From the NCBI GenBank assembly GCA_013205405.1, contig JABMMZ010000015.1, forward strand, positions 1,647-65,646: a DNA stretch of 64,000 bases, written 5' to 3'. Made by a program: the position numbers and the translations under genes. A model generated the notes under the pieces. The model searched no databases. It worked only from the letters and a program-made list of their open reading frames with translations, and was not told the origin of the DNA. Source of the stretch: Bacteroidota bacterium. Its GTDB lineage: Bacteria > Bacteroidota > Bacteroidia > NS11-12g > UBA955. This document shows, in pieces, positions 38,041 to 47,766 of the stretch (positions are counted from its first letter, which is position 1; every line of letters begins with the position of its first letter).

Positions 38041-38679
38041 ATGGAAACTTACAATTTAATTTCAACTGTTTTATTACAACGCAAAAAACTCATTTTACTC
38101 TTTGTTTACTTATTCATTGGTGGATTACTTTTAATATTTATTCGACAATTTATTTCAACCGACAAATCCTTTATTTTTTAAATTTGGAATTTGTTTTTAG
38201 CTTTTGTTCCACTGGTTTTTAGCTCTATTTTATTGCAATTAAAACATACCTCTGCATCTCATTTTAAAATCATTTGAATAGAGTTTATTTGGTTATTATT
38301 TTTTCCAAATGTTCCCTATATGCTTAACGATTTTATTCATTTATCCTATGTTAGTAAACAATACTTATGGTTAGATATTTTAACAATTAGTTGGTTTGCT
38401 GTTTTAGCTTTTTTAGCCGCTATAATAATATCTTTAAATGATGCAGTAAGTGTTCTACATTCAAAAATGAATAATAGAAAAGTATCATTCGCCCTTTTTG
38501 GCATCAGATTATTAACTGGTTTTGGTATTTATTTAGGTAGATATTTAAGGTTTAATAGTTGGGATGTTGTTAATCATCCAATTAGTTTGGTTTATCAAAT
38601 AACGGAGCGTGTTTTTAATCCTATGCAACACCCAAACCCCTGGTTAGTAACTATAGGGTTTGCTTGTTTATTGTGGTAG
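38041..38679 (+). pseudogene. DUF1361 membrane protein with two in-frame stop codons
   Basis: One frame from ATG 38041 to 38679 reads ...SFIF*IWNLFLAFVPL...HFKII*IEFIWLLFFPNVPYMLNDFIHLS...GIYLGRYLRFNSWD. TAA is at 38179-38181 and TGA at 38275-38277, between conserved DUF1361 motifs. Confidence 0.7.
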
Positions 38680-38762
38680 GTATATAAAGTTTTGAAAATA
38701 GTGAGTATTGAGATTCATCAGAAGCGCCCTTTTTAGATAGCCTATTTTAGCAAAATATTTAT

Positions 38763-38770
38763 TAAATTTG
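38763..38770 (+). promoter_or_regulatory. TAnnTTTG -7 motif upstream of sucA
   Basis: TAAATTTG lies 17 nt before ATG 38787. Confidence 0.4.
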
Positions 38771-38786
38771 CACCTCCTATTTCATT

Positions 38787-41492
38787 ATGATACAAAACTC
38801 CTATTTAAGCAATGCCGATGTTAATTACATTGATGATATGTACAAACAATATCAAGGCAATAAAGAATCAGTAGACTTTGGTTGGCAAAAATTCTTTGAA
38901 GGATTTGACTTAGGTGCAGGTAAAAGTACGAGCAATGCGGCTATTAGTGAAGATGCCTTAAAAGAAATAAATGTACTTAATTTAATCAATGCTTACCGTA
39001 CGCGTGGTCATTTATTTACACATACCAACCCTGTCCGTGAGCGAAGACACTATTCTCCAACTTTAGATATTGCTAATTTTGGTTTAATAGATTCAGATTT
39101 AGAAACTACTTTTAATGCTGGCCACGAAATAGGACTTGGCTCCACAAAATTAAAAGATATTTTATCAAATTTAAAAACCACTTATTGCGAAAGCATTGGT
39201 GTGGAATATCTTCATATTGGCGACCCAATAAAAATAGAATGGTTGCGCAATTTGATGGAAACTACCAAAAACCAACCTAACTTAACGATCGAAGAAAAGA
39301 AACAGTGTTTAACTAAATTAAATCAAGCTTCCGCATTTGAGAATTTTTTACACACTAAATTTATAGGTCAAAAACGTTTTTCATTAGAGGGTTTAGAATG
39401 TTTAATTCCTGCATTGGATAGTGTTGTTCATTATGGTGCTGAACTTGGTGTACAAGAATTTGTAATAGGTATGGCACATAGAGGAAGGTTGAATGTATTG
39501 GCTAATATTTTTAACAAAACGTATGCAGATATTTTTAGTGAATTTGAAGGCAAAGTTTTTCAAGATGAACAGTTTGAGGGCGATGTAAAATACCATTTAG
39601 GCTTTAGCACAGTAATTCCAACTCCCAATGGCAAAGAAGTAAAAATTAAATTAGCACCTAACCCTTCTCACTTAGAAGCAGTAAACCCAGTTGTAAAAGG
39701 TATAGTTAGAGCTAAATTAGACAATCAATACAAAGGAGATATCAATAAAGTTTGTGCCATTTTAATTCATGGAGATGCTGCCATAGCTGGTCAAGGTATA
39801 GTATACGAAGTGGTTCAAATGAGTGGGTTAGAAGCTAATAAAATTGGAGGGACTATGCATATAGTAACCAATAATCAAATAGGATTTACAACTAATTATA
39901 CCGATTCTAGAACTAGTATTTATTGCACCGATGTAGCAAAAACTACCAATTGTCCTGTTTTTCATGTAAATGGAGACGATGTAGAAGCGGTAGTGCATAC
40001 TATTAAAATGGCGATGGCTTATCGCAATAAGTTTAACTGCGATATTTTTGTTGATTTATTAGGTTATAGAAAATATGGTCATAACGAAGGCGATGAGCCA
40101 AGATTTACCCAACCATTGTTATATAAAATCATTTCTACTCATCCTAATCCAAGAGAAATTTATAAAGATAAATTAATCGCCCGTGGGGATATAGATGCAG
40201 ATATTGCCAATGAAATGGAAGAGAAGTTTAAGCAATTGCTACAAGCAACCTTAGATGAGGTGAAACAGGAAAAAGCGCCACTATATAAACTTAAAATTGA
40301 CGACCAATGGAAAGATTTTCATTACCCTACAAGCAAAGATTTTGAATCTAATCCTGAAACAGGCGTAGATAAAAAAACTTTTTTGGCACTTGCTAAAAAA
40401 ATGAATGAATTGCCAGCAGATAATTTGCCTATTAAAAAAGTACAGCAGATATATGATGGCCGATTAAAAATGATGAAGGACAATAATTATGATTGGGCAA
40501 TGGGTGAATTAATGGCTTATGCCACTTTGCTTAACGAAGGTCATAATGTGCGCTTGGCAGGTCAAGATTGCGAAAGAGGCACTTTTTCTCATAGACACGC
40601 TTTGGTAAAAAAAGAAGATTCGGAGGCTGAATATATTTCGTTGAATCATTTAAATGACACGCAAGCAAAATTCTATGTTTATAATTCATTATTGAGCGAG
40701 TATGCAGAGCTAGGTTTTGAATATGGATACAGCACTTGTACCAACAGTACCTTAACCTTGTGGGAAGCGCAATTTGGCGATTTTGGCAATGGGGCTCAAA
40801 TTATGATAGATCAATTTATTGCCAGTGCAGGTACTAAATGGGCACAATACAGTGGCCTAGTGATGTTAATGCCTCATGGGTATGAAGGGCAAGGTCCAGA
40901 GCACTCTTCGGCAAGATTAGAGCGCTTTTTACAACTTTCTAGCAGCTACAATATGCAAATAGTAAATTGTACCACACCTGCCAATTATTTTCATGCTTTA
41001 CGCAGACAATTGAAACGCAACTTTAGAATACCGTTAGTTGTAATGACACCTAAGAGTTTATTGCGTCATCCGATGTGTTTGAGTACAATTGAAGATTTTG
41101 AAAAAGGCAGTTTCCAAGAGTTAATAGGAGATAAATATGCAGAAGCTAAAAAAGTAACCAAAGTATTGTTGTGCAGTGGTAAAATTTATTATGAATTATT
41201 AACTAAACAACAAGAAGATAAAAGAAAAGATGTGGCTATTATCCGTTTGGAACAGTTATATCCATTGCCAGAAATGCAATTAGCAGATGTATACGCACAA
41301 TACACTAATGCAAGTTACCATTGGGTACAAGAAGAGCCACGAAATATGGGTACTTGGATGCATTTAAGCCGTTATGATTTGCCATTTGCTATTAGTTACA
41401 TTGGTAGAAAAAGCAGTGCTAGTTCTGCTACAGGATTTAAAAAGGTACATGATAAAGAACAAGCTGCAATTTTAAATGAAGCCTTTGGGTAA
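38787..41492 (+). CDS. sucA: 2-oxoglutarate dehydrogenase E1 component
   Basis: 901 aa. MAHRGRLNVL, HGDAAIAGQGIVYE, RKYGHNEGDEP, WEAQFGDF.NGAQ. Confidence 0.95.
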   Translation: MIQNSYLSNADVNYIDDMYKQYQGNKESVDFGWQKFFEGFDLGAGKSTSNAAISEDALKEINVLNLINAYRTRGHLFTHTNPVRERRHYSPTLDIANFGLIDSDLETTFNAGHEIGLGSTKLKDILSNLKTTYCESIGVEYLHIGDPIKIEWLRNLMETTKNQPNLTIEEKKQCLTKLNQASAFENFLHTKFIGQKRFSLEGLECLIPALDSVVHYGAELGVQEFVIGMAHRGRLNVLANIFNKTYADIFSEFEGKVFQDEQFEGDVKYHLGFSTVIPTPNGKEVKIKLAPNPSHLEAVNPVVKGIVRAKLDNQYKGDINKVCAILIHGDAAIAGQGIVYEVVQMSGLEANKIGGTMHIVTNNQIGFTTNYTDSRTSIYCTDVAKTTNCPVFHVNGDDVEAVVHTIKMAMAYRNKFNCDIFVDLLGYRKYGHNEGDEPRFTQPLLYKIISTHPNPREIYKDKLIARGDIDADIANEMEEKFKQLLQATLDEVKQEKAPLYKLKIDDQWKDFHYPTSKDFESNPETGVDKKTFLALAKKMNELPADNLPIKKVQQIYDGRLKMMKDNNYDWAMGELMAYATLLNEGHNVRLAGQDCERGTFSHRHALVKKEDSEAEYISLNHLNDTQAKFYVYNSLLSEYAELGFEYGYSTCTNSTLTLWEAQFGDFGNGAQIMIDQFIASAGTKWAQYSGLVMLMPHGYEGQGPEHSSARLERFLQLSSSYNMQIVNCTTPANYFHALRRQLKRNFRIPLVVMTPKSLLRHPMCLSTIEDFEKGSFQELIGDKYAEAKKVTKVLLCSGKIYYELLTKQQEDKRKDVAIIRLEQLYPLPEMQLADVYAQYTNASYHWVQEEPRNMGTWMHLSRYDLPFAISYIGRKSSASSATGFKKVHDKEQAAILNEAFG

Positions 41493-41503
41493 TCTGTTTT
41501 ATC

Positions 41504-42268
41504 TTGAAATTATTTTATAAACAATACGGCACTTCGGGCAAGCCATTATTTATTTTACATGGTATTTTTGGCATGTTAGATAATTGGCACAATATAGCCA
41601 AGCAATTAGCAGAAAATGGTTATACTGTATATACTATTGATGCCCGTAATCATGGACAATCGCCACATAGTGCAGAAATGAGCTACCAATTAATGGCAGA
41701 GGATGTAATAGCGCTAGCCAATGATTTGGGTTATGAAACATTTACATTAATGGGGCATAGTATGGGTGGAAAAACCGCTATGTGGACTGCCCATCAATTT
41801 GGTAATAGAATTGAAAAACTTATATTAGTAGACATTGCACCTGTGCTATACAAAGCAGGTCATTTAACTTATTTTGAGGCGTTTGAAAATATACCTTGGC
41901 ATACTTTAACTACAAGAAAGCAAATAGACGAAAGCTTAATGCAGTATGAAAAAGAAATGGGTGTACGTTTATTTTTAGCTAAAAATATTGATAGAAATGA
42001 TGCTGGTTCTTTTTCAGTAAAATGTAATATTGTAGATATAAAAAAGGCTTATTTAGAAATAATAGATAAACTACAATTTTCCAATGTTTATGAAGGTGAA
42101 ACTTGTTTTATTTTGGGTGAAAAATCTCATTACTTAAAAGTGGAAGACAAGCCTTATATTTTACAGTATTTTCCTAAAGCGAAATTTGAAACTATAAGTA
42201 ATGCGGGGCATTGGGTGCATGCCGAAAATCCATGTGAGTTTTTAGAAAAGTTGAATATATTCTTGTAA
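41504..42268 (+). CDS. alpha/beta hydrolase
   Basis: TTG start. HGIFG oxyanion region, nucleophile elbow GHSMGG, C-terminal GHWVH. Confidence 0.8.
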   Translation: MKLFYKQYGTSGKPLFILHGIFGMLDNWHNIAKQLAENGYTVYTIDARNHGQSPHSAEMSYQLMAEDVIALANDLGYETFTLMGHSMGGKTAMWTAHQFGNRIEKLILVDIAPVLYKAGHLTYFEAFENIPWHTLTTRKQIDESLMQYEKEMGVRLFLAKNIDRNDAGSFSVKCNIVDIKKAYLEIIDKLQFSNVYEGETCFILGEKSHYLKVEDKPYILQYFPKAKFETISNAGHWVHAENPCEFLEKLNIFL

Positions 42269-42409
42269 TTATTTCTAAATAAGCCTTTTTTAATTACTGA
42301 ATAATAGCGGTTTATTTTACTTATTTAAACGAATAACTCAATAAAACATACTTCGATAAGCTCATTTCGAAAGGCTCAATGACCGAAATAATAACATAAC
42401 TCAGTGTCC

Positions 42410-42423
42410 TAATAACTAATAAC
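42410..42423. repeat. two tandem heptamers TAATAAC TAATAAC, with further AATAAC/ATAAC copies at 42388-42400
   Basis: Read directly, 15 nt from the stop codon of minus-strand gene 42438-45677. Same motif family as 19835-19862. Confidence 0.6.
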
Positions 42424-42437
42424 TACATTTCCCCACC

Positions 42438-45400
42438 TTACTTCCCCCAAATTGGAAATCTACCAGGCGTATAAGGCAATTGCAGTTTTTCTAGTTCTAA
42501 TTCTAAGTTTTCTACCAGTGTTTTCAAACTTTCTGAATCAGTATACACCATGCTAAAATTTGTTTTAACTTCTGCTAGCTTTTCTTTGTAAGTGTTTGTA
42601 CTCAGTTCGGTAGTTGACCATAAATTACCTACTATACCTTCTAAAGAACCAATAATGCCAGGTGTAGTAGCAAATTCTCTTTTAGCCAAACTGCCATCAC
42701 CATGCAGTTGCATATTTATTTTATTTAAAAGTACTTCTATGGCATTAATTTTTGCGCGTAGTAGTGCATCTTTTGTTTTATCTAATGCTTTTATAAAAGT
42801 CATTCTATTTTGCATTTCACTGCAATAACTACTTACCCCCAATACGACTCTTCTAAACTCAGATATATCTTTATTAAACGCTAGGTTATCTGTGGTACTA
42901 TTTTGGGTTAAGGATTTTAAAATAAAGGAGCGTGAGGCATTTAAATTTTCAATTTTATTTTGATAATTTAATATTAACTCAACGGTATAGTTTCCTGGCA
43001 CAGCCATAGGTCCTCTGTCTGAACCCTCATAAGGATTATCGGGGTCGGGTGTGTAAAAAGTAACTGGGCTTTTAGGTTCTAATCTGCCATCCCATATCAA
43101 GGTATAAAAACCACTTTTAGCAGGCTGCTTAAGTGTACGCACTAAGTTCTTATTATCATCATAAATTAATCCCAAAATATAGGGTTCTTGCTCCTGATCT
43201 TCTAGTCGGATAGAATCTAAAGTTGGGTAATAATCATTGGTTTGTTTTTCCTCTTTTTCTTTTCTTAATTCCTTAATGGTTTTGTAATCATTTTTTATAT
43301 AATATTGAATACAAGCGCCTATTGGTGGATTATTGGCTGTAAAAAAACTTTCTCCTTGAAAAGATTTTCCTTTATGTCCTAAAGGAGAAGATGGAATAAA
43401 AACCACAGCTTCTTTTATTGGAAATATGGTGGCATTTTTACTGTCTAAATCGGATTGTAAATTAGCATATTGTTGCAAAGCAGTGTAATTGTCTAATACC
43501 CAAAAACCTCTACCAAATGTAGCTAATACTAAGTCGTTTTCGCGTTCTTGAATAGCTATTTCTTTAATCATAATAGGAGGAAGGCCACCACCCAATTTTA
43601 TCCAATTTTTGCCAGAATTATAACTTGTAAATATGCCAAATTCGGTACCAACAAATAATAAATCTTTTTGCAAATGGTCTTCAGCCAAACATTGTGCCGA
43701 GCCTCTTTCAGGTAAATCATTTTTTATATTGACCCAAGTTTTACCTTTGTCAATAGATTTTAAAACATAAGGTTTGAAATCACCATTTCTATGGTTGTTA
43801 AAAATAGCATATACCGTATTTTCATTGTGTTTAGATGCTACAATATTTTGAACTAAAACTAGATTAGGTACAGCACCAAAATTAGAAATTTTAGTCCATG
43901 AAGTACCACCATTGGTAGTTACATGAATGAGGCCATCATCTGTTCCTGTATATAATACATTGGCATTTTTAGGCGACTCTGCAAAAGCAGTAATATTGCC
44001 ATAGATACTCGTAGATTGATTTTTGGCCACTGCATCCATGCTCCAAATTTTGCCCATTACTGGTATTTTATTTCTATCAAGTCCGCTGCTTAAATCAGGA
44101 CTAATTACTTGCCAAGTATTGCCTCTGTCGGTGCTTTTAAATACTTTTTGAGCAGCAAAATAAAGTGTGGCATTATTGTGATAACTTAAATGCAATGGCG
44201 CATCCCAATTGAAATTATAAGCTGCTTCTCCTGGTTTTTCTTGTGGTTTAATATCCAATGCTTCTCCTGTTAGTTTATTATATCTTACCAAGCCACCATA
44301 TTGCCATTGAGAGTATACTGTGTTAGGGTCTTTGGTATCAACTACCGTTTTAAATCCATCCCCACCTACCGTTACAAACCAATCGTAATTATGTATGCCA
44401 TTGGCACTTTTAGTTCTTGATGGCCCGCCCAAGGTATTGTTATCTTGCGTACCGCCATAAATATTATAAAAAGGCAAGGCATTATCTACCGTTACTCTAT
44501 AAAATTGGGTAATGGGTAAATTAGATTTATAGTCCCAATTTTTACAATCGTCCCAAGTTTCGTATAGGCCGCCATCACAGCCCATAAGTTTATGTTTGGT
44601 ATCATCTTTATCTACCCAAAGGGCATGGTTATCTACGTGTTTATTTTTTTCGCCCATACCCGTAAAATTTTTACCTCCATCGGTACTATAAACTGCCCAA
44701 TTATTCATAGAGTATATTTTATTTACGTTTACAGGATCCGCAAATAATTCCATATAATAATTTCCTGCTGTTGAATGACCCGAGCGTTTTTCCCAACTTG
44801 CCCCTCTATTTGTAGAAAGATAAACGCCTTGCTCTTCGACCATGGCATATACATAATCAGAATTTACGGGCGAAACTGCTACAGCAATTCTACCAACATC
44901 TCCTTTAGGTAAGCCATTGTCTAATTTAATCCAAGTTGTTCCAAAATCAGTACTTTTATATAATCCAGATTCAGGACCACCGCTAATGTAAGTCCATTCA
45001 TGTCTGCGTCTTTGGTGTGCCGTAGCATATAAAATATTTGAGTGTATTGGGTCGATATGTACTTCGTTGAAACCAGTATTTTCGCTAACAAATAAGGCGC
45101 GGTTCCAAGTGATACCACCATCTATAGATTTGTAAATACCACGTTCGCCACCTGCGCTCCATAAGGGGCCATAAGCCGCTACATATATTATATTTGAATT
45201 GTTAGGTTCAATACTTATCATGCCAATATGTTCGCAGGTTTTTAGACCCATATTTTTCCAAGTTTTACCATCATCTTCCGATTTATAAATACCATCGCCA
45301 TAGGCCACACTGCGTTGATTGTTATTTTCGCCTGTGCCAACCCATACTGTATGTTCATTATTTGGATCTATTTTTATGCAACCTATTGAAAAACTGGTTT

Positions 45401-45677
45401 GACCATCAAAAATAGGCGTGAAAGAAGTGCCCGCATTGTCTGTTTTCCAAATACCACCGCAGGCTGCCGCTATATACCATTGAAATTTATTGTTAGGGTT
45501 TACAGCCAGGTCAATAATTCTGCCAGATGTTACTGCAGGACCAATTTCTCTAAAGTTCATGCCATTTACCACTTTGTTAAAAGTGGTTTCTTTGGTATCT
45601 TCTGGTTTAGTTTTTTTGACTTGAGAAAATGTAAGTATTGGAATTATACAAGCAATAGAAAGTATATGTCTTTTCAT
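42438..45677 (-). CDS. BNR/Asp-box repeat (sortilin/VPS10-like) secreted protein
   Basis: 1079 aa with a signal peptide and many Asp-box motifs (SxDxGxTW: SEDDGKTW, SIDGGITW, STDFGTTW, STNRGASW, STDRGNTW, TTNGGTSW, SIDKGKTW, SYNSGKNW). Confidence 0.85.
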   Translation of the reverse strand: MKRHILSIACIIPILTFSQVKKTKPEDTKETTFNKVVNGMNFREIGPAVTSGRIIDLAVNPNNKFQWYIAAACGGIWKTDNAGTSFTPIFDGQTSFSIGCIKIDPNNEHTVWVGTGENNNQRSVAYGDGIYKSEDDGKTWKNMGLKTCEHIGMISIEPNNSNIIYVAAYGPLWSAGGERGIYKSIDGGITWNRALFVSENTGFNEVHIDPIHSNILYATAHQRRRHEWTYISGGPESGLYKSTDFGTTWIKLDNGLPKGDVGRIAVAVSPVNSDYVYAMVEEQGVYLSTNRGASWEKRSGHSTAGNYYMELFADPVNVNKIYSMNNWAVYSTDGGKNFTGMGEKNKHVDNHALWVDKDDTKHKLMGCDGGLYETWDDCKNWDYKSNLPITQFYRVTVDNALPFYNIYGGTQDNNTLGGPSRTKSANGIHNYDWFVTVGGDGFKTVVDTKDPNTVYSQWQYGGLVRYNKLTGEALDIKPQEKPGEAAYNFNWDAPLHLSYHNNATLYFAAQKVFKSTDRGNTWQVISPDLSSGLDRNKIPVMGKIWSMDAVAKNQSTSIYGNITAFAESPKNANVLYTGTDDGLIHVTTNGGTSWTKISNFGAVPNLVLVQNIVASKHNENTVYAIFNNHRNGDFKPYVLKSIDKGKTWVNIKNDLPERGSAQCLAEDHLQKDLLFVGTEFGIFTSYNSGKNWIKLGGGLPPIMIKEIAIQERENDLVLATFGRGFWVLDNYTALQQYANLQSDLDSKNATIFPIKEAVVFIPSSPLGHKGKSFQGESFFTANNPPIGACIQYYIKNDYKTIKELRKEKEEKQTNDYYPTLDSIRLEDQEQEPYILGLIYDDNKNLVRTLKQPAKSGFYTLIWDGRLEPKSPVTFYTPDPDNPYEGSDRGPMAVPGNYTVELILNYQNKIENLNASRSFILKSLTQNSTTDNLAFNKDISEFRRVVLGVSSYCSEMQNRMTFIKALDKTKDALLRAKINAIEVLLNKINMQLHGDGSLAKREFATTPGIIGSLEGIVGNLWSTTELSTNTYKEKLAEVKTNFSMVYTDSESLKTLVENLELELEKLQLPYTPGRFPIWGK

Positions 45678-45717
45678 AAAGAGTTATTTATTGGTTCCAA
45701 AAATAAGAGAAAAATGT

Positions 45718-47157
45718 TTAAAAAAACAAACTAGCTACACCAATTGCTGCTAATACACAAATTAAATCTACTAATAGCATGATGCCTAGAGTATAACGTG
45801 TATTTTTTATTTTAATAGCACCAAAGTATACTGCAATAACATAAAAAGTAGTTTCGGCACTGCATTGAAAAATACAACTTAACCGACCAGTAAACGAATC
45901 GGCTCCAAAGCTTTTCATGGCATCTATCATAAAGCCGCGTGAGCCGCCTGAGCTAAAGGGACGTAACAAGGCTACAGGCAATGAATCTGTAATATGCTTG
46001 CCAACACCAAAGTACATAAATAGATGAGAGATTCCGTTTGAAATTAATTCGAACAAACCACTGTTTCTAAAAATAGAAATAGCCGCTAGCATTCCCAATA
46101 CATAGGGAAAAATAGTAACGGCAGTTTGCAATCCACTATTGGCGCCAGCTACAAAAGAGTTAAATACATTGGTGTCTTTTAAACTAAATTGTTTTTCTTT
46201 TAAAAAAGCATAAATTAAGGTTGTTAAAATGATGATTAATAATATAATGGTAGATAAATTACCTGTAAAGTGATTTTTTTCGATAATACCCATTTTATTA
46301 ATATATAGCAAAAGCCCAATAATACCAGCTATGATAGAGAAGATAGAAATAATAAGTAGTCCACTTTTGAAATTTATTTTTTGCTTAATACCCACAATAA
46401 TCAAAGCAGCCAAAGTGCCTATGAAAGAGGTAATAATGCAGGGTAACATAACATCCGCAGGATTGGCTGCATTTTCTGCTGCTCTGTAACCAATAATAGA
46501 AGTTGGTATAAGCGTTAGCCCTGCTGCATGCAGGCACATAAACATTATTTGTGCATCACTGGCTTTGTCTTTGTCTGTATTTAAGGTTTGTAAGCTTTGC
46601 ATGGCTTTTAAACCAAAGGGTGTAGCTGCTGAATCTAAACCTAAAAAATTGGCAGCAAAATTTAAAGTCATGTAAGAAATAGACTCATGGTTTTGCGGAA
46701 TACTTGGAAAAATTTTAACAAATAAAGGGCTACTAAATTTGGCTAATTTTTCCGTTGCACCCGAGTCGATAAGTAATTGTAAAATACCACAGAAAAAAGC
46801 CAAGTAGGCCATTAAGGGTAATATGATATCAAAAATACTACTTTTACATGTAGGCAATAAACCATCTGATTTTTGAACACCATAGTATATCTTAACAATG
46901 CTATTATTTGCCTCGTAAAGGGTATCTTTTGTACTTTCTGAATTATTAAAGACAGCTGATTTGCCATCACTTTTTTTAATACTATCTAGAATATAATTTG
47001 GTAATTTATTCAAGTATTGTTCGGCTATTAATATTTTATCATCTTTTTTGCCATTTATCATATTATCTAATGAATAGTTGCTTTTGAATACCATATCCAT
47101 AAAGATAAACAAGATAGAAAAAATAAAAATTGCTAACCAAAATCTGCTTAGTGCCAT
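45718..47157 (-). CDS. nucleoside-recognition-domain membrane protein (fused SpmA/SpmB-like)
   Basis: 479 aa, polytopic. Two Gate-like halves with a long loop after TM1, as in Bacteroidota SpmA/B fusions. Confidence 0.6.
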   Translation of the reverse strand: MALSRFWLAIFIFSILFIFMDMVFKSNYSLDNMINGKKDDKILIAEQYLNKLPNYILDSIKKSDGKSAVFNNSESTKDTLYEANNSIVKIYYGVQKSDGLLPTCKSSIFDIILPLMAYLAFFCGILQLLIDSGATEKLAKFSSPLFVKIFPSIPQNHESISYMTLNFAANFLGLDSAATPFGLKAMQSLQTLNTDKDKASDAQIMFMCLHAAGLTLIPTSIIGYRAAENAANPADVMLPCIITSFIGTLAALIIVGIKQKINFKSGLLIISIFSIIAGIIGLLLYINKMGIIEKNHFTGNLSTIILLIIILTTLIYAFLKEKQFSLKDTNVFNSFVAGANSGLQTAVTIFPYVLGMLAAISIFRNSGLFELISNGISHLFMYFGVGKHITDSLPVALLRPFSSGGSRGFMIDAMKSFGADSFTGRLSCIFQCSAETTFYVIAVYFGAIKIKNTRYTLGIMLLVDLICVLAAIGVASLFF

Positions 47158-47289
47158 AATATTATAAAAGCAAATGTAGGATTAAAATAGCAAATTAAGT
47201 ATTTGCATTTTATTAAAATATTTTAAAATTCTTTTTCTAAAATTTTAATCTCAATAATATAACTCATCTTTTTTTTTAAATATACCACT

Positions 47290-47702
47290 ATGAGTGCAAA
47301 TCAAATAACTGTTCAAATAACTATTAATGCAGAAATAAGCAAAGTATGGAATTACTATACCATGCCTGAGCATATTACACAATGGAATTTGCTAACCCTT
47401 CGTGGCATTGCCCCAGTGAAGAAAACGACATGACAATAGGTGGCAGATATTGCGCCAGAATGGAAGCCAAAGATGGTAGCTTTCGTTTCGACTTTGAAGC
47501 TTTTTATACTGAAATTATAGAAAAGCAACAATTTACCTATGAATTTGCTTGTAGAAAAGTGAATGTAATTTTTAATAAATTAGATAATCAAACAGAAGTT
47601 ATTACAACTTTTGACCCAGAGGAAGAAAATTCTATAGAACTACAAAAAGGAGGCTGGCAAGCTATTTTAAATAATTTTAGAATTTATACGCAGAGCCATT
47701 AA
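47290..47702 (+). pseudogene. SRPBCC / AHSA1-like (activator of Hsp90 ATPase homologue) protein with a 1-nt deletion in a T-run
   Basis: ATG 47290 gives MSANQITVQITINAEISKVWNYYTMPEHITQWN. The frame then shifts at TTT 47388-47390. The continuation (track ORF 47382-47702) reads FANPSWHCP...RMEAKDGSFRFDFEAFY...GGWQAILNNF, so both halves belong to one domain. Confidence 0.75.
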
Positions 47703-47766
47703 ACTATTAAGTATGATGAATATTTTTTCAAATTTTAATTAATACCTTCGTGCTTCTTATTAAATT

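Noticed and set aside
38179-38277. Stop-codon reassignment or readthrough as the explanation for in-frame TAA/TGA/TAG codons (DUF1361, YpfJ-like, OMP, ECF sigma).
   Set aside because: All three stop codons end conserved genes at the expected positions: TAA at recA, TAG at rpmH and nrdJ, TGA at the crotonase gene. The interrupted genes use different stops and co-occur with frameshifts and truncations. Decay is the simpler explanation.
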